A stretch of 64,000 nt of DNA from Candidatus Wolfebacteria bacterium GW2011_GWE2_44_13 (GCA_001000675.1 LCHW01000002.1:5310-69309); one strand, 5' to 3'. Positions 7,159-17,353 are shown, counted from the stretch's first letter. Made by a program: numbers and translations. The notes: generated from the sequence alone by a model not told the origin.

Positions 7159-9621
7159 TTACAGCGCGACCACTCCTGCTAACTTGTCCTTTTCCTTGAG
7201 TGACATTATCTTTACTCCGCTCGTTGCACGACCTGCGGTGCGTACATCCTTAAGGGGGATGCGGATAATCTGTCCTCGGGTTGATACGGCGAGTAGCTCC
7301 TCTTCATCGCGGATTATTTGTCCGCTAATGATGTTTCCTATCTTAGGAGTGACATTCGAAGTTTTAATACCCATACCGCCTCGTGTTTGTGTTTTGTACT
7401 CAGAGATCGGGGTCTGCTTTGCATAACCGTTTTCTGACACTACGAGCAGTGTCTGCTTCTTATGCTCTGCCTTCTGATCGGCGCGGATAATATCAAATCC
7501 AGCTACGCGATCATCCTTTTTCAATTTGATGCCACGCACACCTGCTGCTGCGCGTCCGAGTGGCTTCGCATCAGTTTCGGTAAAGCGAATTGCTTGTCCG
7601 GCATGTGTGGTGATAATGATATCGTCCTTTCCTGCGGAAAGTTTTACACCAATGAGTGAGTCGCCCTTCGCAAGATTGATGGCGATAATGCCGGTCCTGC
7701 GAATGTTTGCAAACTCAGAAAGCGCCGTCTTTTTGATAGTTCCGTCAGCGGTAAGCATAACGAGATAACGACCATCGGTATTGCCATCTGGATAGGCGAT
7801 AACAGCGCTGATGTTTTCTTCCGGCGGAAGGTCAAGGAAGTTCTGCATAAGCTTTCCTTTGGCCGTCCTGCTTCCTTGCGGAACATCGTATACCTTTGTT
7901 TGGAATACGCGTCCCGTGTGGGTGAAGAACAAGATATTATCGTGGGTGTTTCCAGAGATAAAGTTGAGGAGTGTGTCCTCTTCGTTTACATCAGAGCCAA
8001 TCAAGCCTTTACCTCCGCGCTTCTGCGCCTTGTAGGTGTCAGAAGGAATACGTTTGATATAGCCACTCTGAGAAAGTGTAATAATAACATCTTCTTCAGT
8101 AATAAGATCGAGCTCTTTAAACTCACCAATCGGATTGGCGACAACCTTCGTACGACGATCATCCCCAAACTTATCGCGCAAGTCGCGCAATTCGTTAGTG
8201 ATAACACCAAGAATTTTCGCAACACTTGCGAGTAGCGTCTCAAGCTCTTTGATGATGCGCATCTTTTCTTTTAGCTCATCTTCAATCTTCTTGCTTTCCA
8301 ATGCTGCAAGTGTTTGCAAGCGCATTTCAAGAATTGCAGTGGCTTGAATTTCTGTCAGCTTAAACTTTGCAACTAAATTCTTATGGGCGTCGTCTTTGTC
8401 CTTAGACTTCTTAATCGTTGCAATAACTGCATCGATAAATTCAAGCGCTTTTGCCAAACCTTCTAAAATATGGGCACGTTCGCGCGCTTTACGAAGCTCA
8501 AACTCAGCGCGCTTGCGAACAACATCTTTGCGGTGCTCAAGATAGAACTCCAAGATATCTTTCAACGACAAGAGCTGCGGTTGCAAGCCATCTGCGGATG
8601 GAACAAGCGCCGTCATGTTGAAGTTAAAGTTCTTCTGCAAGTCCGTGTGCTTGTAGAGCTGATTGAGAACTTTTTGTGGAGCAGCGTCACTCTTTAGCTC
8701 AACGACAACGCGCAATCCATCGCGGTCAGATTCATCGCGCAAATCTTTGATGCCCTCAATCTTCTTTTCAGTTACAAGCGTCGCCATTTTAACGAGCAAT
8801 TCAGACTTGTTAACCTGATAAGGAATTTGCGTAATAACGATATTAAAGAGGCCACTCTTTCGTTCTTGAATATCAGAAACAGCGCGCATAGTTACGCCAC
8901 CGCGTCCACTGCGATACGCTTCAGAAATAGCGTTCTTATCATAGATAATACCTCCGGTTGGGAAGTCAGGGCCTTTGATAAATTGTGTCAGGTCGTCAGT
9001 CGTTGCGTGTGCATTATCAGCAAGATGTAAAACGGCATCGATAATCTCGCGCAAGTTATGCGGAGGAATATTCGTTGCCATACCGACAGCGATACCCGCA
9101 ACGCCGTTAAGGAGTAATGCTGGAAGGCGAGCAGGAAGCACGAGTGGTTCTTCGGTTGTGCCGTCATAGTTTGGTCCCCAAGCGACGGTATCCTTTTCAA
9201 TATCAAAAAGAAGCTCCTCGGATATTTTCGAGAGGCGACATTCGGTATAACGCATAGCAGCCTGGTTATCTCCATCAATCGAACCCCAGTTTCCCTGACC
9301 GTCGATAAGCGGATAACGGAGTGAGAAATCCTGTGCCATACGAGCCATAGCATCGTACACTGCGGAATCGCCGTGTGGGTGGTAGCTCTTAAGTACTTCT
9401 CCGACAACAGCGGCAGATTTGCGGTACTTAACGCCTGCTTTCAAGCCCGTTTCCCACATAGCCCACATAATGCGGCGTTGTACTGGCTTCATGCCGTCAC
9501 GGACGTCCGGCAAGGCGCGGGAAATAATAACCGACATTGCGTAGTCGAGATAACATTCTTGCAGTTCGTCCCCGATTTCTCGCTTAAGGACTTTATCTGT
9601 TTGTTCGATGTGTTCTTCCAT
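7159..9621 (-). CDS. gyrA: DNA gyrase subunit A
   Basis: 820 aa. The N-terminus ([21 protein letters not shown]), the AAMRYTE motif and the C-terminal beta-pinwheel repeats all match GyrA. Confidence 0.93.
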   Translation of the reverse strand: MEEHIEQTDKVLKREIGDELQECYLDYAMSVIISRALPDVRDGMKPVQRRIMWAMWETGLKAGVKYRKSAAVVGEVLKSYHPHGDSAVYDAMARMAQDFSLRYPLIDGQGNWGSIDGDNQAAMRYTECRLSKISEELLFDIEKDTVAWGPNYDGTTEEPLVLPARLPALLLNGVAGIAVGMATNIPPHNLREIIDAVLHLADNAHATTDDLTQFIKGPDFPTGGIIYDKNAISEAYRSGRGGVTMRAVSDIQERKSGLFNIVITQIPYQVNKSELLVKMATLVTEKKIEGIKDLRDESDRDGLRVVVELKSDAAPQKVLNQLYKHTDLQKNFNFNMTALVPSADGLQPQLLSLKDILEFYLEHRKDVVRKRAEFELRKARERAHILEGLAKALEFIDAVIATIKKSKDKDDAHKNLVAKFKLTEIQATAILEMRLQTLAALESKKIEDELKEKMRIIKELETLLASVAKILGVITNELRDLRDKFGDDRRTKVVANPIGEFKELDLITEEDVIITLSQSGYIKRIPSDTYKAQKRGGKGLIGSDVNEEDTLLNFISGNTHDNILFFTHTGRVFQTKVYDVPQGSRTAKGKLMQNFLDLPPEENISAVIAYPDGNTDGRYLVMLTADGTIKKTALSEFANIRRTGIIAINLAKGDSLIGVKLSAGKDDIIITTHAGQAIRFTETDAKPLGRAAAGVRGIKLKKDDRVAGFDIIRADQKAEHKKQTLLVVSENGYAKQTPISEYKTQTRGGMGIKTSNVTPKIGNIISGQIIRDEEELLAVSTRGQIIRIPLKDVRTAGRATSGVKIMSLKEKDKLAGVVAL

Positions 9622-9772
9622 AATAGGTAATTGCTAATGCGTAATTTAGTAAAAATGTATTTGTTTGGAGGCAGTGCGAGGCGCGGGGAATTTGACGAGA
9701 GAGGCGTGCTGATTGTACGTCGACCGAGGCAATGGGGCCCCGCAACGACGCAATGCGCCAAACAAACATTTT

Positions 9773-10072
9773 TTAGTCAGGGTTTTGGATAGTAGAAGTC
9801 CTTCTTCCAAACTGTGGCATTCCAGAGAGCATCGTTTCGAATCCTCGTCCGATAGATGAACCGGTGATAGTGAGCCCATTCTTCAATACTGGCCAGAAAC
9901 CGATACGAACCTCCTCAGTTGAATTTTCTCGGGTATTTGTAAATACAAATGCTCGCATATACAGGACCCAAACAATAACGACGATTAGTGTGGCGGTGAC
10001 GCTTAATCCGATAAGCCACCTAAATCGCGTTTTCTCATCAGATTGGCGAATGGTATGTAGATAGCGCTTCAT
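9773..10072 (-). CDS. small membrane protein, hypothetical
   Basis: 99 aa with one TM helix (LIGLSVTATLIVVIVWVLYM). Confidence 0.4.
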   Translation of the reverse strand: MKRYLHTIRQSDEKTRFRWLIGLSVTATLIVVIVWVLYMRAFVFTNTRENSTEEVRIGFWPVLKNGLTITGSSIGRGFETMLSGMPQFGRRTSTIQNPD

Positions 10073-10084
10073 ACGAGTGGTGAC

Positions 10085-10708
10085 TTATGGTTTTAAAATG
10101 ATTACCTGTCCTGGCTTAATGACAGAAAGATCCTTTTTCTTAATAGTAAGCTTGTCCTGCGATTCAACAGCCTTTTGATCGAGTTCCTCCAGAAATGTTT
10201 TGAGATCTTCCGATGTGCGCTTTAATCCTGCGATCTTGAATGCGGTTGGGATAACGATTTTTGGTTGGAGCTGTTTGATAAGCTTCGCAACTTTCTTTTG
10301 GTCGATATACGGTGTGCCACCTCCAGGGATGAAGAGAATATCGATATCCTCAAGGTGCTCCATAACAGACGGGGAAGGAATTTCAGCAAGGTGTCCGAGG
10401 AAACAGAGCCGGATATCTTCGAGTGTGACGAGATAGACGGTTTTGAGTATTTTGTCGGTCACTTCGTTTTCTGAAAGATATCCGAGTATCGTTGCTCCAT
10501 CCACATTGTATTCCCCTGGGCCGTAGATAGCGACTCCTTGCTCGGAAGGTGCTTCCTGCGGAGGAAACGAGATGAGCGTCTTAAGAAGAATATCGTATTT
10601 GAAGCGAGGAGGGGTCAATCCACTCGAGGCATCGACAGGGTCGGTAAGGATTGTGAACTCACCGCTTTGTATTTTGAAACTATTTTCTCCGTAAAAAGAA
10701 ATAACCAT
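10085..10708 (-). CDS. MBL-fold metal-dependent hydrolase
   Basis: Starting at the internal ATG (10708) gives MVISFYGENSFKIQSGEFTILTDP..., a typical MBL beta-strand start. HxHxD-like residues follow. Confidence 0.5.
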   Translation of the reverse strand: MVISFYGENSFKIQSGEFTILTDPVDASSGLTPPRFKYDILLKTLISFPPQEAPSEQGVAIYGPGEYNVDGATILGYLSENEVTDKILKTVYLVTLEDIRLCFLGHLAEIPSPSVMEHLEDIDILFIPGGGTPYIDQKKVAKLIKQLQPKIVIPTAFKIAGLKRTSEDLKTFLEELDQKAVESQDKLTIKKKDLSVIKPGQVIILKP

Positions 10709-10844
10709 AGGTAGTATTGAATGTAAAATGAGGCGAAAGACACGGAAAATACGGGATTTGGTTCCCGCCATGTCACTCGTTATGTGGCTATTGTACAACA
10801 AAAGGGCTTGATTTTCAAATAGTTTTTCCGTATGATGTGGGTCT

Positions 10845-12011
10845 ATGGTCACTAATATTAATGCAGAAATAAAAAACTCATCCGCAATGAATCAATTGAC
10901 GAAGGCGGATGCGAACATCATCTCATTCCTCAAGGAGGGAGACTTGGTCGAGGCGAAGTTGCTTGCGAAGACAAAGCGCGGCGTACACTTCGATCTCGGT
11001 AAGTACGGTACCGGTATTGTATACGGTATCGAACTCATCAATTCTCGCGACATTGTGAAAGGAATGAACGCGGGTGATACCGTGAGTGCGAAGATAATCA
11101 TGCTCGAGAATAACGAAGGATATGTAGAATTATCCCTCATTAATGCTCAGGAGCAGAAGAATTGGCAGGGACTCAAGGAGCTAAAGGATGGCGACGAGCC
11201 GTTTGGAGTCAAAATCAAGGGAGCCAATAGTGGAGGGCTTGTAGCAGACATTCATGGAACAAAGGCATTCTTGCCAGTATCCCAGTTGTCGAGCGAGCAC
11301 TATCCGCGCATTGAGAAGGGTGACCAAACTCGAATTCTCGAAGAATTGAAGAAATTCGTTGGTGAAGAGTTGATGGTAAAGATCATCGACCTTAACCCAC
11401 GCGCAAACAAGCTCATAATCTCTGAAAAGGAGGCTGTTGAGGAAAATGTACGTGAATTGCTGGGTAAATACGCAGTTGGTGATGTTATCACTGGCGTCGT
11501 ATCAGGAATCGCTGACTTCGGAGCATTTGTCCGATTCATCGATAATCCAGGAATTGAAGGATTGATCCACATCTCTGAACTCGACTATCGTTTGATCGAT
11601 ACACCGAAAGAAGTAGTAAAGATCGACGAAGAGATCAAGGTAAAGATCATTGAAATCAAAGACGATAAGGTATTTCTTTCATTGAAGGCATTAAAGCCAA
11701 ATCCATGGGAGACAGTATCTGATAAGTTTAAAGAAGGACAGGAAGTGGAAGGAAAGGTGTATAAGGTCAACCCGTTTGGCGCATACATCGATCTTGGTCA
11801 GGACCTGTACGGTCTTATCCATGTTTCCGAATTCGGTTCTCCAGATGAATTGAAAAAGAACATGGAGCCAGGCAAGACGCACACATTTACTGTGGAAGCG
11901 ATCAAGCCAGAAGAAAAGCGCATTATCTTGAAGCTCAAGGGCCACAAGAAGGCGGCAAAGAAAGAAAAAGAAGTAGAAAAAGAAGAGGTTGTGGAAACGC
12001 CAGAGGCATAA
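10845..12011 (+). CDS. rpsA: 30S ribosomal protein S1 (four S1 domains, short form)
   Basis: 388 aa with repeated S1-domain signatures (GDLVEAKLL..., GVVSGIADFGAFVRF, VEGKVYKVNPFGAYIDL). Confidence 0.85.
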   Translation: MVTNINAEIKNSSAMNQLTKADANIISFLKEGDLVEAKLLAKTKRGVHFDLGKYGTGIVYGIELINSRDIVKGMNAGDTVSAKIIMLENNEGYVELSLINAQEQKNWQGLKELKDGDEPFGVKIKGANSGGLVADIHGTKAFLPVSQLSSEHYPRIEKGDQTRILEELKKFVGEELMVKIIDLNPRANKLIISEKEAVEENVRELLGKYAVGDVITGVVSGIADFGAFVRFIDNPGIEGLIHISELDYRLIDTPKEVVKIDEEIKVKIIEIKDDKVFLSLKALKPNPWETVSDKFKEGQEVEGKVYKVNPFGAYIDLGQDLYGLIHVSEFGSPDELKKNMEPGKTHTFTVEAIKPEEKRIILKLKGHKKAAKKEKEVEKEEVVETPEA

Positions 12012-12025
12012 TAGCCAAAAGCAAG

Positions 12026-12058
12026 CAAAAACCCCGCAGAAATGCGGGGTTTTTGTTT
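12026..12058 (+). terminator. terminator AAAAACCCCGCAgaaaTGCGGGGTTTTTGTTT after rpsA
   Basis: Classic GC hairpin followed by a T run. Confidence 0.7.
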
Positions 12059-12100
12059 AAAATACGTGCTAAAAGAGGGGAAATATGTAAAATAATGGGA

Positions 12101-12140
12101 AAATGACAGTGGTGGACGACCGTCCACCGCTGTCATTTTT
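12101..12140. repeat. 16-bp-stem hairpin AAAATGACAGTGGTGGACG/CGTCCACCGCTGTCATTTTT
   Basis: Long near-perfect inverted repeat flanked by A and T runs. It may be a second (bidirectional) terminator or a structured element. Confidence 0.5.
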
Positions 12141-12274
12141 ATGGAGGAGGGCGATAAAATAGCAGATTGACACAGAGATAGACTACGTGCATACTAGGGC
12201 CTGGACATTTCAAGGAGTGATTAGGAAAAATGCATAGGGTAATTACCTAATACGCTAGCAAGGAGCTATAATCG

Positions 12275-12685
12275 ATGTTGAAAAATGAACAACGGACCAG
12301 AGGCGGAAAGCTTATTTGTACCTGTTGCAATGGCGCAGTAGAGGCAGTAGAAGCGAGAAGAGTGATTGATGGGCACGAGCTGCACAAGAACTGCGGGGAG
12401 AAGTTCTCTTTGCTGGAATCGGTGCGGCTGGATTTGCAGCCCGTTATATCGACATTGCCTGAGAACTTTTTCTCAAGAGGAGCTGTCTTGCTGACGCTGA
12501 GCAAAGCTTACACAGTGAGCCAGTTTAAACTCGCACTTTTTATCTTTTGCGAGCACCTCGCGGAAGGGCGGCAGTGGTTGGGGTCGCAATTTCAAACCAT
12601 TGTCTCTAAAGTCAGGTGCATTATCGAGCAAAGCGCAATGCGTAATGCGCTTCTGCCGGCAATCGCTCCGGTTATGGTGGCGTAA
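12275..12685 (+). CDS. Cys-motif (putative Zn-binding) hypothetical protein, paralog A, GC-rich islet
   Basis: 136 aa with the motif ICTCCNGAVEAVEARRVIDGHELHKNCGEKF. Confidence 0.45.
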   Translation: MLKNEQRTRGGKLICTCCNGAVEAVEARRVIDGHELHKNCGEKFSLLESVRLDLQPVISTLPENFFSRGAVLLTLSKAYTVSQFKLALFIFCEHLAEGRQWLGSQFQTIVSKVRCIIEQSAMRNALLPAIAPVMVA

Positions 12686-12855
12686 ATCAGTACCTAACCA
12701 AACATGCAAGGGCCACTTCGAAAGAAGTGGCCTATTTTTATAAAACGGGGTTGACAAATAAGAGATTTGTGGCAATACTAGACCCAGATCATCTGCAATG
12801 CAATAAAGAAAGTGTGGTACAACTAATAACCCCCAACCTGAAATTGGAGGCCACG

Positions 12856-13290
12856 ATGGCGAAAGAATTTAAGTTTCCTGGACAGCAGAGAATGTCTGGG
12901 ACGAACCCCGTGTGCGGGTGCTGTAATGTCACGATAACACCAGGACAGAAGCGCTGCGAACGCGGAGGGCATTTAGTTCATGGCACTAGCACCGAAGGCT
13001 GTGCCGCATCCTTTGACCGAGCGGAGGAAGTTCGGGAGAGTATCGATAAGGCCTTCAGTGGAATGCCGGCAGACTTCTTCTCCGAAGGCGATTTGCGTAG
13101 TCGACTCAATGCCGCCTGTACGGTGCAATCGGCGCAAGGAATCCTACTGGACTTCGTCCGCCTGTTGAGCGAGCAGCGCGATCGTCTGGTGCAATGTGCC
13201 GAGATTGCCTTCAACGAGGCCGTTCGCCTCGCAAAAGAAGTCGGTAGAATGCTGCGCGTCGAGGGACGCGTAGCAGCATATAACCTATAA
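12856..13290 (+). CDS. Cys-motif hypothetical protein, paralog B
   Basis: ATG at 12856 follows a GGAGG RBS. Motif VCGCCNVTITPGQKRCERGGHLVHGTSTEGC parallels paralog A. Confidence 0.45.
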   Translation: MAKEFKFPGQQRMSGTNPVCGCCNVTITPGQKRCERGGHLVHGTSTEGCAASFDRAEEVRESIDKAFSGMPADFFSEGDLRSRLNAACTVQSAQGILLDFVRLLSEQRDRLVQCAEIAFNEAVRLAKEVGRMLRVEGRVAAYNL

Positions 13291-13398
13291 AACCACCGCC
13301 ACACCTCTTGTGTGCAATTGGAGCTGACCCTTCGCGAGGGCAGCTCCACTTTTTTTCATATTGCAATTACAGACAAATTAGTAGATAGTACAACATAC

Positions 13399-14163
13399 AT
13401 GGAACGTAAGGATATAACAGTTATATATGAAGACGAAAATGTGGTGGCTATCAATAAGCCAGCGCATCTTTTAGTCCATCCCTACGCAGATAATAAGGAT
13501 TATGCGCTAACCACGTGGCTATTAAAGCATTATCCAGGAGTTAAGACAGTCGGGGATGATCCAGAGCAGCGTCCTGGAATTGTACATCGTCTCGATAAAG
13601 ATACATCGGGAGTAATCTTAGTTCCGCGGAGCCACGAATATTTTAGGTATTTGAAGGAACTGTTTCAATCGCATGGTATTAAAAAATCATACCTCGCATT
13701 AGTATGGGGAAAGGTACAGGAAAAGAAAGGAACGATTAATAAGCCAATCAGCCTAAAGGGAGGAACGACAAAGCGAACGGTGCATGATGGTAAAATGACC
13801 AAAGAAGCATTGACCGATTATGAGGTAGTAAAGCGGTTCACGTTCGACGATCCAGACACAGAAACAAGAAAAATATACGATTTTACCTTAGTTCGCGCAT
13901 GGCCTAAAACAGGACGAACGCACCAAATTCGCGTGCATTTGGCATCAATTGGGTTCGCAATCGTAGGAGATACGATGTACGGAGCAAAAAAGAACCCCCT
14001 TGCACTTGATCGACAATTCCTACACGCAGAATCTATTGAATTTCTCGCAGCAGAAGGACATAAGTTAAATATAGAAGCGGAACTTCCAGCAGATCTCAAA
14101 AAGGTATTGGTACGACTAGAAGAATACGATGTTTCCGCACCTCCATTAAATGAGCGGGCATAA
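13399..14163 (+). CDS. RluA-family pseudouridine synthase
   Basis: NVVAINKPAHLLVHP ... HRLDKDTSGVILV catalytic motif; there is no N-terminal S4 domain. Confidence 0.8.
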   Translation: MERKDITVIYEDENVVAINKPAHLLVHPYADNKDYALTTWLLKHYPGVKTVGDDPEQRPGIVHRLDKDTSGVILVPRSHEYFRYLKELFQSHGIKKSYLALVWGKVQEKKGTINKPISLKGGTTKRTVHDGKMTKEALTDYEVVKRFTFDDPDTETRKIYDFTLVRAWPKTGRTHQIRVHLASIGFAIVGDTMYGAKKNPLALDRQFLHAESIEFLAAEGHKLNIEAELPADLKKVLVRLEEYDVSAPPLNERA

Positions 14164-14205
14164 AAAGGAGAAACATAAAATAAAAATGGCGATCATTCGC
14201 CATTT

Positions 14206-14766
14206 TTATTTGTGTGAAATGCGTTGAAAAGGAATACGTTGTTGCGCTGCTTGGGATATTTCATATCCAGTATCAAACGATCGCACTGCAACGGTCGATA
14301 ATATGTGAGCGCCAACATGGGAAGCCTCAAATGTAGTATGAGGAATACCTGCGTGCACAAAGGCATTAACAATCACTGAAGAACAATATCCTTTAGACGC
14401 ATGAGCCTTGAGAGATTCTTCTAGTGCATTGATTGCGGCTTCGACAACTAAAGCGTCTTCGGTAATGCGAGCAAAAGAGAGCAGCTTTGGATGGCTAGTA
14501 AAAAAATTGCGCCAAGAAAGGTTGTCAAAAAGATGTTCCTTGTGAATAACTCCTTTTTGATCGGGGTAGGGGTTAAGAAGCATGCCGTCGCCCAGATAGA
14601 GCATCGCGTGCTCAAAATTTCCGGGCATTATCCAATTAATAAGGCGGTCGAGGAGTGTATCAACGAGAATAGGTCGTAAAATAACATCCCCGCGCTTCAC
14701 CGCCCTGGCAACATACCCATTAAAATAGATATTTTCGAAAAACCCTTCTTTTTCAATACGGTTCAT
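14206..14766 (-). CDS. hypothetical protein, possible permuted papain-fold (NlpC/P60-superfamily) hydrolase
   Basis: 186 aa with a His-containing segment (HAMLYLGDG) that precedes a Cys segment (GYCSSVIVNAF). The assignment is weak. Confidence 0.3.
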   Translation of the reverse strand: MNRIEKEGFFENIYFNGYVARAVKRGDVILRPILVDTLLDRLINWIMPGNFEHAMLYLGDGMLLNPYPDQKGVIHKEHLFDNLSWRNFFTSHPKLLSFARITEDALVVEAAINALEESLKAHASKGYCSSVIVNAFVHAGIPHTTFEASHVGAHILSTVAVRSFDTGYEISQAAQQRIPFQRISHK

Positions 14767-14855
14767 ATATAGAGTATACTACGAAACCGAAGGAGAGCTC
14801 TAGGGGAGGGGGATGAGTTGACTAAATGGAAATTATCTACTAATATAAGCAAACT

Positions 14856-15179
14856 ATGGATAAAGAACTCATGGCACAAATAAAGCCGGGAGCAAGCGTC
14901 CGCGTATGGGAGCGTATTAAGGATGGAGAGAAAGAGCGCATCAGCAAATTCCAGGGAATCATCATTGCGACCAAGCACGGAAAGGAAATCGGATCAACAT
15001 TTACAGTACGATCGATCATTAGCGAAATTGGCGTTGAAAAGGTATATCCGTTCAACACCCCGTTAATCTCGAAAGTAGAAATATTGACCGCTCCAAAGAA
15101 AGTGCGACGCGCAAAATTGTACTTCGTTCGAAGCCTTTCGAAAAAGAAGACACGCGAAAAAATCGGTATTGCCGCTTAA
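14856..15179 (+). CDS. rplS: 50S ribosomal protein L19
   Basis: 107 aa (KPGASVRVWERIKDGEKERISKFQGIII...). Confidence 0.9.
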   Translation: MDKELMAQIKPGASVRVWERIKDGEKERISKFQGIIIATKHGKEIGSTFTVRSIISEIGVEKVYPFNTPLISKVEILTAPKKVRRAKLYFVRSLSKKKTREKIGIAA

Positions 15180-15180
15180 T

Positions 15181-15210
15181 AAAAAAATCCGCTTCGGCGG
15201 ATTTTTTGTT
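15181..15210 (+). terminator. terminator AAAAAAATCCGCttcgGCGGATTTTTTGTT after rplS
   Basis: Hairpin followed by a T run. It belongs to the same motif family as the terminators inside the SBP array. Confidence 0.7.
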
Positions 15211-15213
15211 CTT

Positions 15214-15240
15214 GTCATTCCCGCAAAAGCGGGAATCCAG
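15214..15240. repeat. REP-like element half copy B (GTCATTCCCGCAAAAGCGGGAATCCAG)
   Basis: Matches the left arm of the 60-bp element; the right arm is absent. Confidence 0.7.
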
Positions 15241-15297
15241 AATTTATGGAGACGTAGTTTGGTAGACGCTATTACCTTGAGGCGGTATAATGAATAT

Positions 15298-15942
15298 ATG
15301 AAGCCGCTTGGAAAAGTAAAGTTAGAATGGTCTTCCGAATTCGCATACGCGATTGGATTAATTGTGAGCGACGGGAGTTTGTCGAAAGATGGGCGGCACA
15401 TCACACTTGTTTCGAAGGATAATGAGATGATAGATAATTTTAGAAAATGTCTAGGCATTTCCAATAAGACGGAGAGCCATACTAGTGGGCATACTGAAAA
15501 GAAAAATTTTAGAATTCAGGTAGGGGACAGAATATTCTACGATTTTTTAGTGGAAATAGGATTGATGGCGAATAAGACAAAAATTTTAAAAGAAATAAGT
15601 ATTCCTAAAAAATATTTTGCCGATTTTTTGCGTGGGCATTTTGATGGTGATGGAACATTTTATTCGTATTGGGATCCGAGGTGGAAGTCGAGCTTTATGT
15701 ATTACACCGGGTTTGTTTCTGCAAGCCGTAATCATATTGAGTGGCTACGAGGAGAGCTAAACATACTATGTGGAGTAAAAGGGCATTGCGCAGAGAAACC
15801 AAGTGGTTCGGTCTATCAATTAAGATACGCAAAGAGCGAATCGAATAAGTTGATCAAATTCATGTACTATTCGGACAATGTGGTTTGTTTATCGCGGAAG
15901 CACTTGAAAATAAGAAAGGTTTTAGATAGTATAGGTGAGTAG
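15298..15942 (+). CDS. free-standing LAGLIDADG homing endonuclease (two-motif)
   Basis: Two LAGLIDADG-type motifs, IGLIVSDGSL and LRGHFDGDGTF. It lies between rplS and tRNA-Leu. Confidence 0.75.
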   Translation: MKPLGKVKLEWSSEFAYAIGLIVSDGSLSKDGRHITLVSKDNEMIDNFRKCLGISNKTESHTSGHTEKKNFRIQVGDRIFYDFLVEIGLMANKTKILKEISIPKKYFADFLRGHFDGDGTFYSYWDPRWKSSFMYYTGFVSASRNHIEWLRGELNILCGVKGHCAEKPSGSVYQLRYAKSESNKLIKFMYYSDNVVCLSRKHLKIRKVLDSIGE

Positions 15943-15950
15943 TAATACAT

Positions 15951-16032
15951 GCGCGGGTGGCGGAATTGGTATACGCGTACGATTGAGGTTCGTATGGAGC
16001 AATCCATGGAGGTTCAAGTCCTCTCTCGCGCA
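15951..16032 (+). tRNA. tRNA-Leu (anticodon GAG), type II
   Basis: GCGCGGG-TG-GCGGAATTGGTATACGC-G-TACGA TTGAGGT TCGTA-TGGAGCAATCCATG-GGAGGTTCAAGTCCTCT-CTCGCGC-A. Acceptor and T arms pair cleanly, and the variable arm is long. Confidence 0.75.
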
Positions 16033-16040
16033 CATATATA

Positions 16041-16105
16041 AAAAACGGCTTTAGCCGTTTTTTTGAAAATAAAAAAGTGCGCAGCCGAAGCTGCGCACAG
16101 AGAAA
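16041..16105. terminator. two adjacent hairpin terminators (AAAAACGGCTttaGCCGTTTTTTT and AAAAAGTGCGCAGCcgaaGCTGCGCAC) between tRNA-Leu (+) and the OMP-like gene (-)
   Basis: GC hairpins with flanking A/T runs. Confidence 0.55.
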
Positions 16106-16120
16106 CTTGGTTGGGCACAA

Positions 16121-16906
16121 CTAGAAGCTGTACCCGATTTTCAACCAGCCGGTCGAGGTGCTCGACTTTGGCTGCCAAAAGGTGCCTTTGGAGCCTGTGT
16201 CGGACACCAGTACCACGGGGTCGGACTTTGCAAAATCGATCCGTTCATAGGAAAGGGCACAGCTCCAGCGAGTGCCTTTAACCCCCATTTCCCCGAACGC
16301 GCCAGGGCGCGCTTTAGGACGAAGAACTACATCGGGGAAGTCGGTAAAGTCTGAGGTCGCCCAATGATTTTTGGTATAGAGAGGAAGCGCGGCGCCTCCT
16401 TCAATATACACGGTCGTCTTCGGGGTAACATGGGCGATTCTTGCGCCCACACGAGTGAAGGCCATGTCCCAGACCTCATCCTCGACTTCGCGGCTCCACC
16501 ACTTGTGCTCGAGCCCAACAAACGGGCTAAAGCGAACACTTCGGATGGGGATTTCTGCGGTAGCGCGAACTTCTTCGCGCATACCGATGTAGGTGTTGTC
16601 GTTGCGACGAAACGATTCGCCCGTGGCGATGACTTCTCCGTCGTACACGACATCCCCTCCCCAGACCTCAATAGTTTCACTAAGGATGAGGTGTTTGAGG
16701 AATCGGTCGGTACGAGTGACGCCGACGGCATAGAGCACTCCGTCGTCTCGAATGTATTCATCCCCATTGTCACGCCACTCCATCCAGGAGAAGTACCCGA
16801 CCTTTCCATAGGTCGTCCAATGCTTTTCCGGCAAAGAATCAGCGGCAAACACCGGAGAAAGAGTAAGGGAAAACAGGGTGATTACCAACAAAGCGATCGT
16901 TCTCAT
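16121..16906 (-). CDS. secreted OMP-like beta-barrel protein (C-terminal ...GWLKIGYSF), GC-rich islet
   Basis: Signal peptide MRTIALLVITLFSLTLSPVFA. The body has alternating hydrophobic/polar patterning and ends in an aromatic residue (F), as in outer-membrane beta-barrels. GC content is well above the genome background. Confidence 0.5.
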   Translation of the reverse strand: MRTIALLVITLFSLTLSPVFAADSLPEKHWTTYGKVGYFSWMEWRDNGDEYIRDDGVLYAVGVTRTDRFLKHLILSETIEVWGGDVVYDGEVIATGESFRRNDNTYIGMREEVRATAEIPIRSVRFSPFVGLEHKWWSREVEDEVWDMAFTRVGARIAHVTPKTTVYIEGGAALPLYTKNHWATSDFTDFPDVVLRPKARPGAFGEMGVKGTRWSCALSYERIDFAKSDPVVLVSDTGSKGTFWQPKSSTSTGWLKIGYSF

Positions 16907-16996
16907 ACGAACCTCCTTGGGTGTGTGATATTGTAAAAGTGAGCATCGAGAGAATCTCGATAAAGGCTGATAATATAATAACCTGTTTATAGAAAT

Positions 16997-17353
16997 ATGT
17001 CAATGTCATACAATACTCTTGTCATTGTGTCGGTTTTAGAAGGGGATGCTATACTTATACATATGGAACACATGGAAAGCATCAACGGCAGCAGGCCCGC
17101 TTCATTCGAAGCAACCCAAAGAGAGAGGGTAACACGTGTAGAAGAAAAAATATGCGCACATATGGAGGCGGAGCTTGGAGAAATACGAAAAGAAGTAGAG
17201 CTTATTAAGAAATTAAAATTGACGGAGCACATAACGGTAAAGCGAAATATCGAGAAGGCAAACGAAGCCTTAGAGAAGGAAAATGAAATTCTACGCGATA
17301 TGTCTGCGCGTTTGCGTAAGCTAAATGAAACACTAATGAAAGAGGCGGCATGA
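16997..17353 (+). CDS. coiled-coil hypothetical protein
   Basis: 118 aa with a charged heptad-like C-terminus. Its stop overlaps the cobO start (ATGA). Confidence 0.4.
   Translation: MSMSYNTLVIVSVLEGDAILIHMEHMESINGSRPASFEATQRERVTRVEEKICAHMEAELGEIRKEVELIKKLKLTEHITVKRNIEKANEALEKENEILRDMSARLRKLNETLMKEAA

Noticed and set aside
7184-9630. Multiple 60-140-aa ORFs on both strands inside gyrA
   Set aside because: They lie internal to, or antisense of, the strongly supported 820-aa GyrA frame.
12978-13349. 123-aa minus-strand ORF overlapping Cys-motif paralog B
   Set aside because: It is antisense to a gene with a proper RBS and ATG start (12856). It is an artefact of GC-rich sequence, like the other long alternative frames in GC-rich islets.
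16327-16936. Alternative long ORFs 16327..16848(-) and 16364..16936(+) overlapping the OMP-like gene
   Set aside because: GC-rich DNA generates long spurious frames. The 16121..16906 frame has a signal peptide, beta-barrel periodicity and a C-terminal aromatic, so it was preferred.
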